In this document: positions 46,847 to 57,307 of the stretch, piece after piece
Layout of the letters: each line of letters begins with the position of its first letter
Numbering within the stretch: the stretch's first letter is position 1
Source of the DNA: Verrucomicrobiota bacterium
Lineage (GTDB): Bacteria; Verrucomicrobiota; Verrucomicrobiia; Limisphaerales; JACDHS01
Reading direction: 5' to 3'
Assembly: GCA_013820875.1 (NCBI GenBank)
Contig: JACDHS010000007.1
Coordinates: 6,246 to 70,245, forward strand
DNA: 64,000 nt
Notes under the pieces: generated by a model
Databases searched by the model: none
What the model saw: only the letters and a program-made list of their open reading frames with translations
Told to the model about the DNA's origin: nothing
Position numbers and translations under genes: made by a program

Positions 46847-46951
46847 GATTTCACCTGGTGAAATCGTACCCGAATCATCCCCCGTTCCCGTCAGCCTTGA
46901 GCTTAATGGAACCCTCCATTGCACTGCTTGCAAACTTCTGTAAGTTTGCAA
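46847..46951 (+). promoter_or_regulatory. Two perfect palindromes in the glnS leader
   Basis: GATTTCACC-tg-GGTGAAATC lies at 46847-46865. TTGCAAACTT-ctgt-AAGTTTGCAA lies at 46928-46951 and ends 8 nt before the glnS ATG. The function (operator or 5'-UTR hairpin) is not established. Confidence 0.35.
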
Positions 46952-46959
46952 CCCGAACT

Positions 46960-48810
46960 ATGACGATGCCGACAGGTGACAATCCGGAAACCGAAACCAG
47001 CAAAGTTCCTTCTGATTTTATTCGCGACATTGTCGCGCAACATCTCGCCGAGGGGAAATATCCGCAGATCCATACCCGTTTTCCGCCGGAACCAAATGGT
47101 TACCTGCACATCGGCCATGCCAAATCCATTTGCCTGAACTTCGGCATCGCCCGTGATTTCGGAGGCATTTGCAACCTGCGCATGGACGATACCAATCCGA
47201 CCAAGGAAGAGGTCGAATACGTCGAATCCATTCAGAAAGATGTTCAATGGCTGATCAGTGATTGGGCAGACGACAAGATTGGGCTCAAGCCCAAAGGCGA
47301 AACGCCGGAGCAAAAGGATGTAAATGGAAAAACAGATTTCCATCTGCCCGCTAAAGTAGGACAGGCATCCTGCCTGTCCCTCGAATCCGCAGACGGGGAC
47401 AGGCAAGATGCCTCTCCTACGCTTGAACCCTTTTACGCCTCCGATTATTTCGACCCGATTTTCGAATACGCCCTTCAACTCATCAGAAAAGGGAAAGCCT
47501 ACGTCTGCGATCTTTCTCCAAAAGACACAGACGAATATCGTGGCGCACCCGATCGGCCTGGAAAAGAAAGTCCCTGGCGCAATCGCAGCATTGAAGAGAA
47601 CCTCGACCTTTTCCAACGAATGCGCGCTGGTGAATTCCCGGATGGCACCCGTTCACTCCGCGCCAAAATTGACATGGCTGCGCCGAATGTTTGGTTACGC
47701 GACCCGTTGCTTTATCGCATCCGTCACGCCGAACATCATCATACCGGCAGCAAGTGGTGCATCTATCCTCTTTACGATTTTGCCCACTGTCTCAGTGATT
47801 ACATCGAGGGGATTACTCACTCCATTTGCACCTTGGAATTTGAGGTGCACCGCCCCCTTTACGATTGGATTCTGGAATCGCTCGAACTCCCGCGTCCGCG
47901 TCCGCATCAATATGAATTTGCCAAGCTGATTCCCAGTTACATGATCGTCTCCAAGCGCAAGCTCATTCAACTCGTGAACGAGAAGCTCGTGACCGGCTGG
48001 GATGATCCTCGCCTGCCGACCATCTCCGGCATTCGTCGCCGCGGAATCACAGCGCAGGCCTTGCGTAATTTTGCCATCGGGGTGGGTGTGACCAAATACA
48101 TCTCTGTCACCGACATTGCCGTTTTCGAACACGCCATTCGCGAGGATCTCAACAAACGCGCGCTCCGTCGTCTCGCCGTGCTCAGGCCGCTCAAAGTGGT
48201 CATCATCAATTATCCTGAAGATAAAATTGAAGAACTGGACGCCACCAACAATCCGGAAGACCCGAACGGCGGCACGCGTAAGATACCTTTCAGTCGCGAG
48301 CTTTACATTGATGCCGACGACTTCATGGAAGTGCCTGCCCCGAAATATTTCCGGCTGAAACCGGACGGAGAAGTGCGTCTCAAATACGCTTACATTATCA
48401 AGTGCGAAGAGGTGGTGAAAGATGCCGATGGCAATGTAACGGAACTCCGTTGCACCGCGGATCTCGACAGCAAAAGCGGTGGCGCCACCTCAGGCCGCAA
48501 GATCAAGGGAACCATCCACTGGGTCAGTGCGGAACACGCGGTAGATGCTGAAGTTCGACTTTACGACCGCCTTTTCACTGTTCCAGAGCCCGATGCCGAC
48601 GGTGATTTCAAAAAGCATATCAATCCCAACTCACTGCAAGTGATTACGGCCAAGTGCGAACCCTCTCTTGCTGGAGCCAAACCCGGAGAACGTTACCAGT
48701 TCGAACGCCTCGCCTACTTCTGCCTCGATCAGGATAGTGCCCCAGGAAAGCTGGTTCTTAACCGGACGATCACCTTGAAAGATGCGTGGTCGAAGGAAGT
48801 GCGGAAGTAG
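46960..48810 (+). CDS. glnS: Glutaminyl-tRNA synthetase with an in-frame insertion
   Basis: ATG at 46960 gives 616 aa. It has the HIGH motif ([14 protein letters not shown]) and the KMSKS variant (IVSKRKL). It is collinear with E. coli GlnRS as I recall it, except for about 50 extra residues after QKDVQWL. Confidence 0.92.
   Translation: MTMPTGDNPETETSKVPSDFIRDIVAQHLAEGKYPQIHTRFPPEPNGYLHIGHAKSICLNFGIARDFGGICNLRMDDTNPTKEEVEYVESIQKDVQWLISDWADDKIGLKPKGETPEQKDVNGKTDFHLPAKVGQASCLSLESADGDRQDASPTLEPFYASDYFDPIFEYALQLIRKGKAYVCDLSPKDTDEYRGAPDRPGKESPWRNRSIEENLDLFQRMRAGEFPDGTRSLRAKIDMAAPNVWLRDPLLYRIRHAEHHHTGSKWCIYPLYDFAHCLSDYIEGITHSICTLEFEVHRPLYDWILESLELPRPRPHQYEFAKLIPSYMIVSKRKLIQLVNEKLVTGWDDPRLPTISGIRRRGITAQALRNFAIGVGVTKYISVTDIAVFEHAIREDLNKRALRRLAVLRPLKVVIINYPEDKIEELDATNNPEDPNGGTRKIPFSRELYIDADDFMEVPAPKYFRLKPDGEVRLKYAYIIKCEEVVKDADGNVTELRCTADLDSKSGGATSGRKIKGTIHWVSAEHAVDAEVRLYDRLFTVPEPDADGDFKKHINPNSLQVITAKCEPSLAGAKPGERYQFERLAYFCLDQDSAPGKLVLNRTITLKDAWSKEVRK
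47357..47420. repeat. 64-bp palindromic element inside the glnS CDS
   Basis: GTAGGACAGGCATCCTGCCTGTCCC (47357-47381) faces GGGGACAGGCAAGATGCCTCTCCTAC (47395-47420) with 2 mismatches and a 13-nt loop. It encodes ...[22 protein letters not shown].... Confidence 0.9.
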
Positions 48811-48815
48811 AGTTC

Positions 48816-48923
48816 GTTACATTGTTGAATTGTTGAATCGTTGCATGGTGGGGAACTTGCGCGGCAATAGGCTGCTCGGATGCCTCTTCCCCATGTAACA
48901 ATGCAACTATTCCACCATGCAAC
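48816..48923. repeat. Palindromic element (CATGTAACAATGCAAC type) between convergent glnS and the UDG gene
   Basis: GTTACATTGTTGAATTGTTGAATCGTTGCATGGTGGGG faces CCCCATGTAACAATGCAACTATTCCACCATGCAAC. A single related arm, CATGTAACAATGCACCCATTCAACCATGTAACG, lies at 16998-17030. Confidence 0.7.
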
Positions 48924-48930
48924 TTTTCCC

Positions 48931-49662
48931 TCACTGCCACACTCCAAGCTCCCGTAGTTGTCGGGCGACGGTTCCGGGCCAATCGCGATTGGCCAGGGGA
49001 CTGGCTGGGCTGGGGTGCAGTATCTGACCAATTTTCACAGGCATTGCTCCGCAAACAGTTTCCGCGCGTTCACGAGCAAAGGCTCCCACTCCGATCAACC
49101 ATTCTGGTTTTAGGATTTCGACGACCTGCTGCAGGTGTTCATCACAGGCGCGGAAGAGTTTTGCAGATTCAGTGGCAGGCAATTTGTCCGGAGTGCGATT
49201 ACATCCGCTCGTCTCACAGAATGCGAGAGGACAATAGTTGACGACGAAATGGTCGGCGAAGAATGCTTCAGGCGAACCGAATCGGTCTGCGAACAGTTTC
49301 CAGAGACGTTTGCCGCTCACCTCAGAACGTTTGCAATCGAACCCGGTGATGGGGCGTTTGGGATGTTCGATCGCAGGCTTTCCCACTTGCGCAGGCAGTT
49401 GCATCCAATCGCGGACCGCCGCCACTTCACCAAATGGAATCCCGGTTTGCACCATGCCGAACGGTCCGGGATTCATCCCGAGAAAAACGACACGCTTACG
49501 ACTGTTCCCAAACCTGCGGAGATACTCTTGGTGAACAGCCCAGGCGTATTGCAGGGGATTATAAACATGTGTCACCGGCGCCTGGAACTTCATGCCCCCA
49601 ACCGCACAGGAAAGTTGGCGCGCGGCGGCGATGAGTGGCTCGGAAGTAATTGAATCTGCCAT
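48931..49662 (-). CDS. SMUG1-family (family 3) uracil-DNA glycosylase
   Basis: ATG at 49662 gives MADSITSEP.... VVFLGMNPGPFGMVQTGIPFGE is the SMUG1 motif-1 signature, and the C-terminal HPSPASPLANRDW is motif 2 (HPSP). Confidence 0.8.
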   Translation of the reverse strand: MADSITSEPLIAAARQLSCAVGGMKFQAPVTHVYNPLQYAWAVHQEYLRRFGNSRKRVVFLGMNPGPFGMVQTGIPFGEVAAVRDWMQLPAQVGKPAIEHPKRPITGFDCKRSEVSGKRLWKLFADRFGSPEAFFADHFVVNYCPLAFCETSGCNRTPDKLPATESAKLFRACDEHLQQVVEILKPEWLIGVGAFARERAETVCGAMPVKIGQILHPSPASPLANRDWPGTVARQLRELGVWQ

Positions 49663-49981
49663 GGTGCGAAAGTCGCACAGAAGAAAGCACACCCGGCGCT
49701 CTGCTCAAATCATTTTCGTGGCTGATGCAATAATCTTTCCGCTTTATGCACTGTGGCAAGGTATATGGCGTCAGTGGGAACGGGTGATTGCGTGGAGTGC
49801 TTAGCGACGGCAGAAGAGCGTTCTGCAAGCGGGAAAAGTGACCGCATCGGACCGGGAACCTGCTATTGAATCACGTCGCCTGCTTGTCTGCTGGAAATGG
49901 GGCAGCACGCTATCAGTTCCTCAAACACGTTCACTGCACCCGTAGCAAAGCAGAGCGAGTGGAGTAGGTTTAGAGCGGCGT

Positions 49982-51058
49982 ATGAAATTTGTGAAGCTCA
50001 TAGCCGAACTGCTGGGGGCATTTGTCCTCGTCGCCACGTTTTTGACTTATATTCGCACGGACGAATGGTGGATTCGCGTTTTTGATTTCCCACGCGTGCA
50101 ACTCCTCTTCATTGGGTTATTGGTCGTAGTGGTATTCTGGTTCCTGCCTCAGAAAATTGGGTTGTTCGACAAAGTATTGATCGCGCTGCTGGGAGTCGCG
50201 TTGCTGGTGCAATGCTGGCACATCATTCCTTACACACCGCTGGCGAGGAAACAAGTGAAAGGAGCTGAGGACCAGACGGCGACAATACGCGTGTTCGTTG
50301 CCAATGTGTTGCAAGAAAACCGGAGGTCGCCGGAACTGATAGATGGAATTGCGAAGGTAAATCCAGACATCATTCTCCTGAACGAAATGGATGACTGGTG
50401 GACGGAACAGTTGCGTCCATTGGAGAAATCTCATCCGGAAACTGTTTTGCATCCACGCACGAACACCTATGGAATGAATCTTTATTCGCGGTTCGATTTG
50501 ATCGACCCCGAAGTGCGATTCCTGCTCGACCCGGAGATCCCGTCCATTCGGACAAAAATCCAAATGCCTGGCGGACGGATGATCCATTTCTACGGAGTGC
50601 ATCCACAGCCACCCGCATTGAAAAAGCCCGAGCAGGAGAATAGGCAGGATAGCGAACAGCGTGATGCCGAGCTTGTAATGATAGCGAAGGAAGTCGCTAA
50701 ATTGAAAGGGCCGGTGATTGTGGCCGGTGATTTCAATGATGTGGCGTGGTCGCACACCACCCGATTATTCCAGCGCACCAGTCGCTTGCTCGATCCTCGT
50801 GTCGGGCGCGGGTTGTACAACAGTTACAGCGCCAAAATCCCAATGTTACGGTATCCGCTGGATCATCTGTTTCATTCAGATGAATTCACCTTCGTGACAA
50901 TGGAACGGATGAGTTACTTCGGCTCAGATCATTTCCCCATTTTTGTTGCATTGAACATCGAGCCCGAGGCTGCTCAGGAACAGGAAGCCCCACCTCGAAA
51001 GGCGGGCGATAAGAAAGAAGCTGAAAAGATTCTGACGCGTCCGGCCGAGAAGGAATGA
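49982..51058 (+). CDS. Membrane-anchored endonuclease/exonuclease/phosphatase (EEP) family protein
   Basis: 358 aa with 3-4 N-terminal TM helices, then ILLNEMD, GDFND and the C-terminal SDHFP typical of the EEP fold. Confidence 0.8.
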   Translation: MKFVKLIAELLGAFVLVATFLTYIRTDEWWIRVFDFPRVQLLFIGLLVVVVFWFLPQKIGLFDKVLIALLGVALLVQCWHIIPYTPLARKQVKGAEDQTATIRVFVANVLQENRRSPELIDGIAKVNPDIILLNEMDDWWTEQLRPLEKSHPETVLHPRTNTYGMNLYSRFDLIDPEVRFLLDPEIPSIRTKIQMPGGRMIHFYGVHPQPPALKKPEQENRQDSEQRDAELVMIAKEVAKLKGPVIVAGDFNDVAWSHTTRLFQRTSRLLDPRVGRGLYNSYSAKIPMLRYPLDHLFHSDEFTFVTMERMSYFGSDHFPIFVALNIEPEAAQEQEAPPRKAGDKKEAEKILTRPAEKE

Positions 51059-51152
51059 GTCGGGCACAACTCTACTTTTTGTTCAACTGTTTAAGCTTCT
51101 TGATGGCAGCAATGGGTGTGATTCAGTTCTTCGGTGCTGATAGTTTGACGCA

Positions 51153-51599
51153 CTATTGTTGATTCAGTTCTGCCAGTTTTTGGATCGCGAGGGTGTTCCC
51201 CTGTGTCGCGGCGGCCTCCAGCCACCTCCGTGCCTCGGTCTCATTCTGTTCAACTCCGTTGCCCTTGAGGAAACGAATTCCGAGATCGTATTGTGCGGAT
51301 GCCGATCCATCGCTCGCACGTGTCGTTTGAAACGCGATTGTTTTCGCCTCGATCTCGCGTAGTTCCTCGGCTGTCTTCGGGCGCACCGGTGGAGCCACTC
51401 GCACCGGTTGCGGTTGCGCCGGTTGCTCCGATACCGCAGGTGCTGGCGCAGCCTCTGGCGGTGGAGCGGGTGATTCCGGTGGCGTGCGCTGATCTTTCGG
51501 AACCGTCTTTTCCACTATCTCCTCCGGGCTGGTCACCTGGCCGAAAAGCGAGACGCTGAAGAACGAAAACGAGAGTAGAATAATGCTGAACGCTTTCAT
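51153..51599 (-). CDS. Secreted Sel1-repeat protein with a Pro/Ala-rich linker
   Basis: ATG at 51599 gives MKAFSIILLSFSFFSVSLFG (signal peptide). The C-terminal GSASAQYDLGIRFLKGNGVEQNETEARRWLEAAATQG is a Sel1/TPR-like repeat. Confidence 0.7.
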   Translation of the reverse strand: MKAFSIILLSFSFFSVSLFGQVTSPEEIVEKTVPKDQRTPPESPAPPPEAAPAPAVSEQPAQPQPVRVAPPVRPKTAEELREIEAKTIAFQTTRASDGSASAQYDLGIRFLKGNGVEQNETEARRWLEAAATQGNTLAIQKLAELNQQ

Positions 51600-51679
51600 A
51601 ATGACGCAACGTTCCCGCGCTGCGCAGGCGCGGCAAGAGAAAGCCTGGTGTAAAAAAGGATAAGGTTTCGGACGATGGA

Positions 51680-52651
51680 TTACTTCTTCGGCAGCCACTT
51701 CTCCCATTGTATGGCGAATTCGTCCACGTTCCCTTTACCCACCCGCATTAAAGCCGTGTTATCAATCGCGCTGGCCGGGTTCTTTTTGAAATGAATTTTG
51801 TTAATGACATGTTCGATGGATCGATAGCCGTAATTGTAAACATCCTGGCCAAGCAACACTTCCACATGACCGCTCCTGACATATTTTAGTTGTTGGGGCA
51901 GGGCATCCACCGAAACGGATTTAATCGTACCCGGTTTCCATTTCAATGCGTCATCTGTGAACAACGGCCAACCGCCAAGAAATCCCCACCCGGTAATCTG
52001 CGGATTGGCCTGCATGACCTGCTCAATCCTGGCGACTGCATCCTGCGGCGTCTCTTTGTGATAATAAATATCGAGCAACTCGATCTGCGGGAATTTCTTT
52101 GCCGCCGCCCGAAACCCCGCTGCCCGCTGCTGGAGATTGGCAGCGTTCGGGTTGCCATCGATCGCGGCGACCACTCCCTTGCCGCCGAGCAGCTTGGCCA
52201 ATTCTTCCATCGTCTCCTCGCCGCATTTGAAATCATCAATGCCGATTGAAACGAACCGTTTGCTTTGCGGGGCATCGCCGGAGAAGGTGGCGGTCGGCAC
52301 TCCCATGCTCGCAGCTTTGTTAATGGCATCCGTCAATTTATTCGCATCCGAACAACTGATCACGATGCCATCCGCGCCATTCAACACGAGTTGTTCGATG
52401 AACTCAGCTTGCTTCTGGGCGTCTTCCTCATTCGGCGTGCGCCAATCGATCTTTATCTTGATGCCATGCTTCGCGCTGAGTTCGCGCGCGGCATCGTTGG
52501 CGCCGACCCGAGCTGCTTCGAAGAACGGATTACCCTGTGATTTGGCGATCATCCCGATCGTGTAACTCTTCTGGGCATGAGCCGAAACCAATGAAATGAA
52601 AAGAAGTGTGAACAGAAGAAGCCGCAGCGGCAGATTGGAAACGGATTTCAT
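51680..52651 (-). CDS. Periplasmic sugar-binding protein (RbsB/LsrB-like ABC substrate-binding fold); no cognate permease or ATPase nearby
   Basis: ATG at 52651 gives MKSVSNLPLRLLLFTLLFISLVSAHA (signal peptide), then YTIGMIAKSQGNPFFEAARVGANDAA, typical of Peripla_BP_4 proteins. Confidence 0.8.
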   Translation of the reverse strand: MKSVSNLPLRLLLFTLLFISLVSAHAQKSYTIGMIAKSQGNPFFEAARVGANDAARELSAKHGIKIKIDWRTPNEEDAQKQAEFIEQLVLNGADGIVISCSDANKLTDAINKAASMGVPTATFSGDAPQSKRFVSIGIDDFKCGEETMEELAKLLGGKGVVAAIDGNPNAANLQQRAAGFRAAAKKFPQIELLDIYYHKETPQDAVARIEQVMQANPQITGWGFLGGWPLFTDDALKWKPGTIKSVSVDALPQQLKYVRSGHVEVLLGQDVYNYGYRSIEHVINKIHFKKNPASAIDNTALMRVGKGNVDEFAIQWEKWLPKK

Positions 52652-52830
52652 GCTTTGAAAGTAGGGGAATGATACTCTGTCGCGAGACAAAAAATTCAGC
52701 GCGGATTTACGGAGTGACGTGAAATCGGCTGGAATGCTGGTTCGGGGCGCGGCTAAGCTCGAAATATAAAAATTCGTGCTGCCGTTCTGGTCTTTCAGAT
52801 TTATATATTCTCAGATTCTTTTAAATCATT

Positions 52831-54003
52831 ATGGCACATCTGCTCAACAGTTTTTACGCAGCTCTCCTGCTGGTTTTCCTGGGAAGTCCCCTATGCGGCC
52901 ATGCCGCCGTGCGGGATCCCAGGCCTGCGCAGTCGCACCATTCAAAACAAAAATTGGAGTGGATAAAAGTTTCTCACGATGGGAAAGGTTTTGTTCGTGT
53001 CGCATCGGGCAAACCGTTCACCCCCTGGGGATTCAACTACGATCGCGACTATAAAATGCGACTGCTCGAGGAGTATTGGAATGATGAGTGGCAAACCATC
53101 GTGGAAGATTTTCGGAAAATGAAGAATCTCGGCGCCAATGTCGTGCGCGTGCATCTGCAATTTCCGAAGTTCATGGATGCGCCCGATCAACCGAACCAGG
53201 CCGCTTTTAAGAAACTGGAAAACATCCTGTCCCTGGCGGAGGAGACGGGAGTGTATCTTGATGTGACTGGACTGGGTGGATATCGCAAAGCCGATGTCCC
53301 GGTGTGGTTCGACGCATTGACCGAAAACGAACGATGGACGGCGCAGGCAAACTTCTGGAGGCACGTCGCGAAACATTGCCGCAGGAGCCCGGCCGTTTTC
53401 TGCTACAACCTGATGAATGAACCAGTCGTTCCCAATCCCAAATTCAAGGATTGGCTGGTCGGCGAGTTTGCTGGATTTTATTATGTGCAGGCTATCGCGC
53501 TTGATCTCCAGGGAAGAAACCGGACAGAGGTTGGCCGGCAATGGATATCCCAAATGACGGCAGCCATTCGTCAGCACGACAAGCGGCATTTGATAACTAT
53601 CGGTTTGTTGCCCAACAGCGCCGACAAACCGAGCGGTTCCGGATTCCAGCCACGCGAAATCGTTTCAGAAGTGGACTTTATCTCAGTCCACTATTACCCG
53701 CGCGCGGGGGAACTTGAGAAAGATCTTAACACCGTGAAGAAGTTCAGCGTTGGGAAGCCGGTCGTCATTGAAGAAATTTTCCCCATGCATTGCAGCAGCA
53801 AAGAACTGCGCACCTTCATTGAACGATCGCGCCAACATGTAAATGGATGGATCGGTTTCTATTGGGGGCAAACACCAGAGGATCTGCGCAATGGCACCAC
53901 CCTGAGTGACCTGCTCACGCGCGAATGGCTTGAACTCTTTCAGCAGATGCAGGTGGATAGCCCAACTCAAAACTCCCAGAGATATAATCTGAATCCGAAA
54001 TAG
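52831..54003 (+). CDS. Glycoside hydrolase family 5 protein
   Basis: 390 aa with a signal peptide. NVVRVHL and YNLMNEPV (the NEP acid/base Glu motif) are present, and VIEE is the candidate nucleophile region. Confidence 0.75.
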   Translation: MAHLLNSFYAALLLVFLGSPLCGHAAVRDPRPAQSHHSKQKLEWIKVSHDGKGFVRVASGKPFTPWGFNYDRDYKMRLLEEYWNDEWQTIVEDFRKMKNLGANVVRVHLQFPKFMDAPDQPNQAAFKKLENILSLAEETGVYLDVTGLGGYRKADVPVWFDALTENERWTAQANFWRHVAKHCRRSPAVFCYNLMNEPVVPNPKFKDWLVGEFAGFYYVQAIALDLQGRNRTEVGRQWISQMTAAIRQHDKRHLITIGLLPNSADKPSGSGFQPREIVSEVDFISVHYYPRAGELEKDLNTVKKFSVGKPVVIEEIFPMHCSSKELRTFIERSRQHVNGWIGFYWGQTPEDLRNGTTLSDLLTREWLELFQQMQVDSPTQNSQRYNLNPK

Positions 54004-55172
54004 AAATTGATTGAAGAAAAATCCCCCGACCGTTCCGGGACATTCGCTGCCTCTATCTTTTGATCCCAGGTATAGAGATAGCGCACATCTGTATTGACTG
54101 AAAAGTTCCGGGCGATGAAATACTCGAACCCGGCTCCTGCGCTGACCGCTGGAGAAAAACCACTGGCTGCAACGGGAACCCCCAGCCCGACTGGTTTACG
54201 ATCATTAAACTCCGCGTAGGTCACGCCCATCCCGGCCATCACATAGGGAACCCACCGGCCATTCTTGATCGGCCAGCGCAGGCGCAGATGCGGGACTATT
54301 GTGTAAACAGAGTACTCACCAATTGCGCCATAAGGATCGACGTTTAACGTGTATTCCGTGAAGTCACCGGAGAGTTCAATGCCCCAATCGCGACCGACAT
54401 CCACACCCAGGGTCATGCTTCCGAAATCATTGATGCGTGAAAAATTGGCAGAAACTTCCGGTGAAAGGCTTACTCCCTCCGCCCACTGATCGTCCAGCAG
54501 GACGGAACCGCCGTAGCGAACTCCAAAATAAAATCGGTTGCGAATCGCGGACTCTTCGAGCAGGAGCGGGCGTTTATGGTTCTCAATGAAATAGGCTCTC
54601 ACTCCCATCGTCAGCAGGGGCGCCGACATATCTATGTCATAACGCCGCCCGTCCACGGATCCCTCCAGATCCTGGATCCACATGTATTTTCCCTCCAGGT
54701 TGAAGGTTACGTTGTCCGCAACAAAGTATTCGAGTCCCACCCCCACAGCAGTGACCAACCGAACTCCATCGGCCTCGATCTCAGCCCCGAACGCATTCCC
54801 CTTCCGATCGTTGAATTGGAGAAAACCGGGCCCGAGACCGAACAATCCATAAACCGTCCAGCGATCGTTCGCGAATGGGTAACGAAGCCGCATCTGGGGA
54901 ACGAGGCTGAAGACCGCTTCTTCACCGATGCCGTCGAGGACATCTTCGTAGAGACTGTGCTCGTAGGTGTCGATGGCCAGTTCGATGCCGAAATGGCGGT
55001 TCAAATTCGCACCCAACGCAAAACCCCAACCATCGTTCACTCCCCAAACTGTGTTAAACTCGGCACTGCGAAAATGAAGGTAGGGACGGAAAATCTCTGA
55101 GTCATATGCCCTCGCCTGAAAAGCAACGAGTCCGACGACACAAAAGACAAAAAGGCGTTTTGCGATTAACAT
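53967..55172 (-). CDS. Outer-membrane beta-barrel protein (two tandem OmpW/Opa-like barrel modules)
   Basis: ATG at 55172 gives MLIAKRLFVFCVVGLVAFQARA (signal peptide). The sequence has an alternating amphipathic beta-strand pattern and ends in the aromatic-terminated ...FGFRLYLWEF, typical of OMPs. Confidence 0.7.
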   Translation of the reverse strand: MLIAKRLFVFCVVGLVAFQARAYDSEIFRPYLHFRSAEFNTVWGVNDGWGFALGANLNRHFGIELAIDTYEHSLYEDVLDGIGEEAVFSLVPQMRLRYPFANDRWTVYGLFGLGPGFLQFNDRKGNAFGAEIEADGVRLVTAVGVGLEYFVADNVTFNLEGKYMWIQDLEGSVDGRRYDIDMSAPLLTMGVRAYFIENHKRPLLLEESAIRNRFYFGVRYGGSVLLDDQWAEGVSLSPEVSANFSRINDFGSMTLGVDVGRDWGIELSGDFTEYTLNVDPYGAIGEYSVYTIVPHLRLRWPIKNGRWVPYVMAGMGVTYAEFNDRKPVGLGVPVAASGFSPAVSAGAGFEYFIARNFSVNTDVRYLYTWDQKIEAANVPERSGDFSSINFYFGFRLYLWEF

Positions 55173-55807
55173 CTGCTTTCTTGTGAAAACGCCGGTCATC
55201 CTGCGTTCGAGAACCATGGAAGCAGTTTTCTGATTTCGGGAGAATAGGGAGTCAAACCGAATCCGACATCATCGCGCACACTTACTGGATTGGTGACGAG
55301 AATCCTTGCTTCGGGAAAAGCGGCGGAATGAACCTTTGGGAGCGATATCCGAAGTCTAAAAGGGGCCACCGTGGCAACGGGCCGCACGTTAAGCGCCTCA
55401 CCCGTTTAAAAACACACGGCCGCAATGAGTCGCTACAAAAAATCGTTGCAAGCAATGGACTGAACGATAATTTTCCTAAGACATGCAGCAGACAAAAGAA
55501 AATACCCGCCCAATCACCGTCGCACAGGTATTTTGCTGCCTGATCACACCACCGTAATGTCTAATGACCGCGCTCGCGGTCGTTGTCAGTGCAGTTGCCT
55601 TTCGTGCAATTGCTATCCGATGCAGGATGGCTCCCCGGCAAATCATCTCGCGAAATCGAGATTGTTTAATTCTGGTTGGCTCGAGTTCATTGGACGGAGA
55701 ACCAGATGCCGTGCTCTGCATGGTCCGTGCTGGCGCTGCAAAACGCTAAAACAAATTTGTTCGGCAGATGCGATGTGTCATCGCGTGTTGCTGAAATCCG
55801 AAGAAAA

Positions 55808-57295
55808 ATGAAAATGAATTGGAATGTTGTTAAACAGGAATGGTTTTCGAATGTGCCGAAAGATCTCCTGGCCGGCGCTGTCGTCGCCCTTGCCCTTATA
55901 CCGGAGGCAATTGCCTTCTCGATCATCGCGGGAGTCGATCCCAAGGTGGGACTTTACGCTTCTTTTTGCATCGCGGTGATCACCGCTTTTCTTGGCGGAC
56001 GTCCTGGAATGATCTCAGCGGCCACCGGGGCGATGGCTCTGTTGATGGTGACATTGGTAAAGGAACATGGGCTGCAATATCTCCTGGCGGCAACGTTGCT
56101 GACGGGTGTTTTACAGATAGCAGCGGGGGCCTTTCGACTGGGCGATATGTTGAAGTTCGTCTCTCGCTCCGTGATGACCGGGTTTGTAAATGCGCTGGCC
56201 ATCCTGATCTTCATGGCGCAGTTGACCGAATTTCGAAATGTGGGTTGGGAGATGTATGCGATGGTCGCAGGCGGGCTTGCGATTATTTATATCCTGCCGC
56301 GCTTTACCAAAGTTGTGCCTTCTCCGCTGGTTTGCATTATCGCGCTGACGATCTTCTCAATGTTTACTGGAATGAATCTGCGAACCGTGGGCGACATGGG
56401 TGAACTCCCCTCCACCCTGCCGATTTTCCTTTTTCCTGATGTGCCTCTCAACCTGCAAACGCTCTGGATCATTCTCCCTTACGCCGTGCCGCTGGCGATT
56501 GTGGGTCTGCTCGAATCTTTGATGACTGCGACCATCGTGGATGATTTAACCGATACCGAGAGCGCAAAGAACCGCGAATGCACCGGGCAAGGCATCGCCA
56601 ACATTGTCTCCGGATTCTTCGGCGGCATGGCGGGTTGCGCCATGATTGGACAATCGGTGATCAATGTTAAGTCAGGCGGGCGTGGACGTCTTTCGGCGTT
56701 TGCGGCGGGCACCTTTTTACTCCTGCTGATTGTTGTGCTGGGCGATTGGGTAAAGCGCATTCCCATGGCAGCGCTGGTGGCGGTGATGTTCATGGTGGCC
56801 ATCGGAACCTTCAGTTGGGCATCACTGAAAAACCTGCGCACCCATCCGAAGATGTCGAGCCTCGTGATGATTGCGACCGTGGCGGTGGTGGTGGTTACCC
56901 ACAATCTTGCGCTTGGAGTGATGGTCGGTGTGTTGATGAGCGCATTGTCATTTGCCCGCAAGGTGGCCCAAGTCTTCCGGATCACCTCCACGCTGGATGA
57001 GAAGAACGAAGAGCGCACGTATATCGTCGAGGGACAGGTCTTCTTCGTGTCAGCAAGCCGGTTTTGCCAAAGCTTCGATTTTCGTGAAGCATTGACGAAA
57101 GTTCGTATTGACGTTTCCCGTGCTCATTTCTGGGATCTTTCCGCCGTGGGCGCGCTGGACAAAGTGATCTTAAAATTTCGTCGGGACGGCACAGCCGTTG
57201 AAGTGGTCGGTCTCAACGAAGCAAGCGCGACCATTGTGGATCGTCTTGCCATTCACGACAAACCCGGGGCGCTTGACCGGCTTCTGGAACATTAA
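55808..57295 (+). CDS. SulP-family anion (sulfate/bicarbonate) transporter with a C-terminal STAS domain
   Basis: ATG at 55808. [25 protein letters not shown] is the SulP signature region. The protein has about 10-12 TM helices and a STAS domain ([15 protein letters not shown]...). Confidence 0.88.
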   Translation: MKMNWNVVKQEWFSNVPKDLLAGAVVALALIPEAIAFSIIAGVDPKVGLYASFCIAVITAFLGGRPGMISAATGAMALLMVTLVKEHGLQYLLAATLLTGVLQIAAGAFRLGDMLKFVSRSVMTGFVNALAILIFMAQLTEFRNVGWEMYAMVAGGLAIIYILPRFTKVVPSPLVCIIALTIFSMFTGMNLRTVGDMGELPSTLPIFLFPDVPLNLQTLWIILPYAVPLAIVGLLESLMTATIVDDLTDTESAKNRECTGQGIANIVSGFFGGMAGCAMIGQSVINVKSGGRGRLSAFAAGTFLLLLIVVLGDWVKRIPMAALVAVMFMVAIGTFSWASLKNLRTHPKMSSLVMIATVAVVVVTHNLALGVMVGVLMSALSFARKVAQVFRITSTLDEKNEERTYIVEGQVFFVSASRFCQSFDFREALTKVRIDVSRAHFWDLSAVGALDKVILKFRRDGTAVEVVGLNEASATIVDRLAIHDKPGALDRLLEH

Positions 57296-57307
57296 CTAAA
57301 CTTACCT

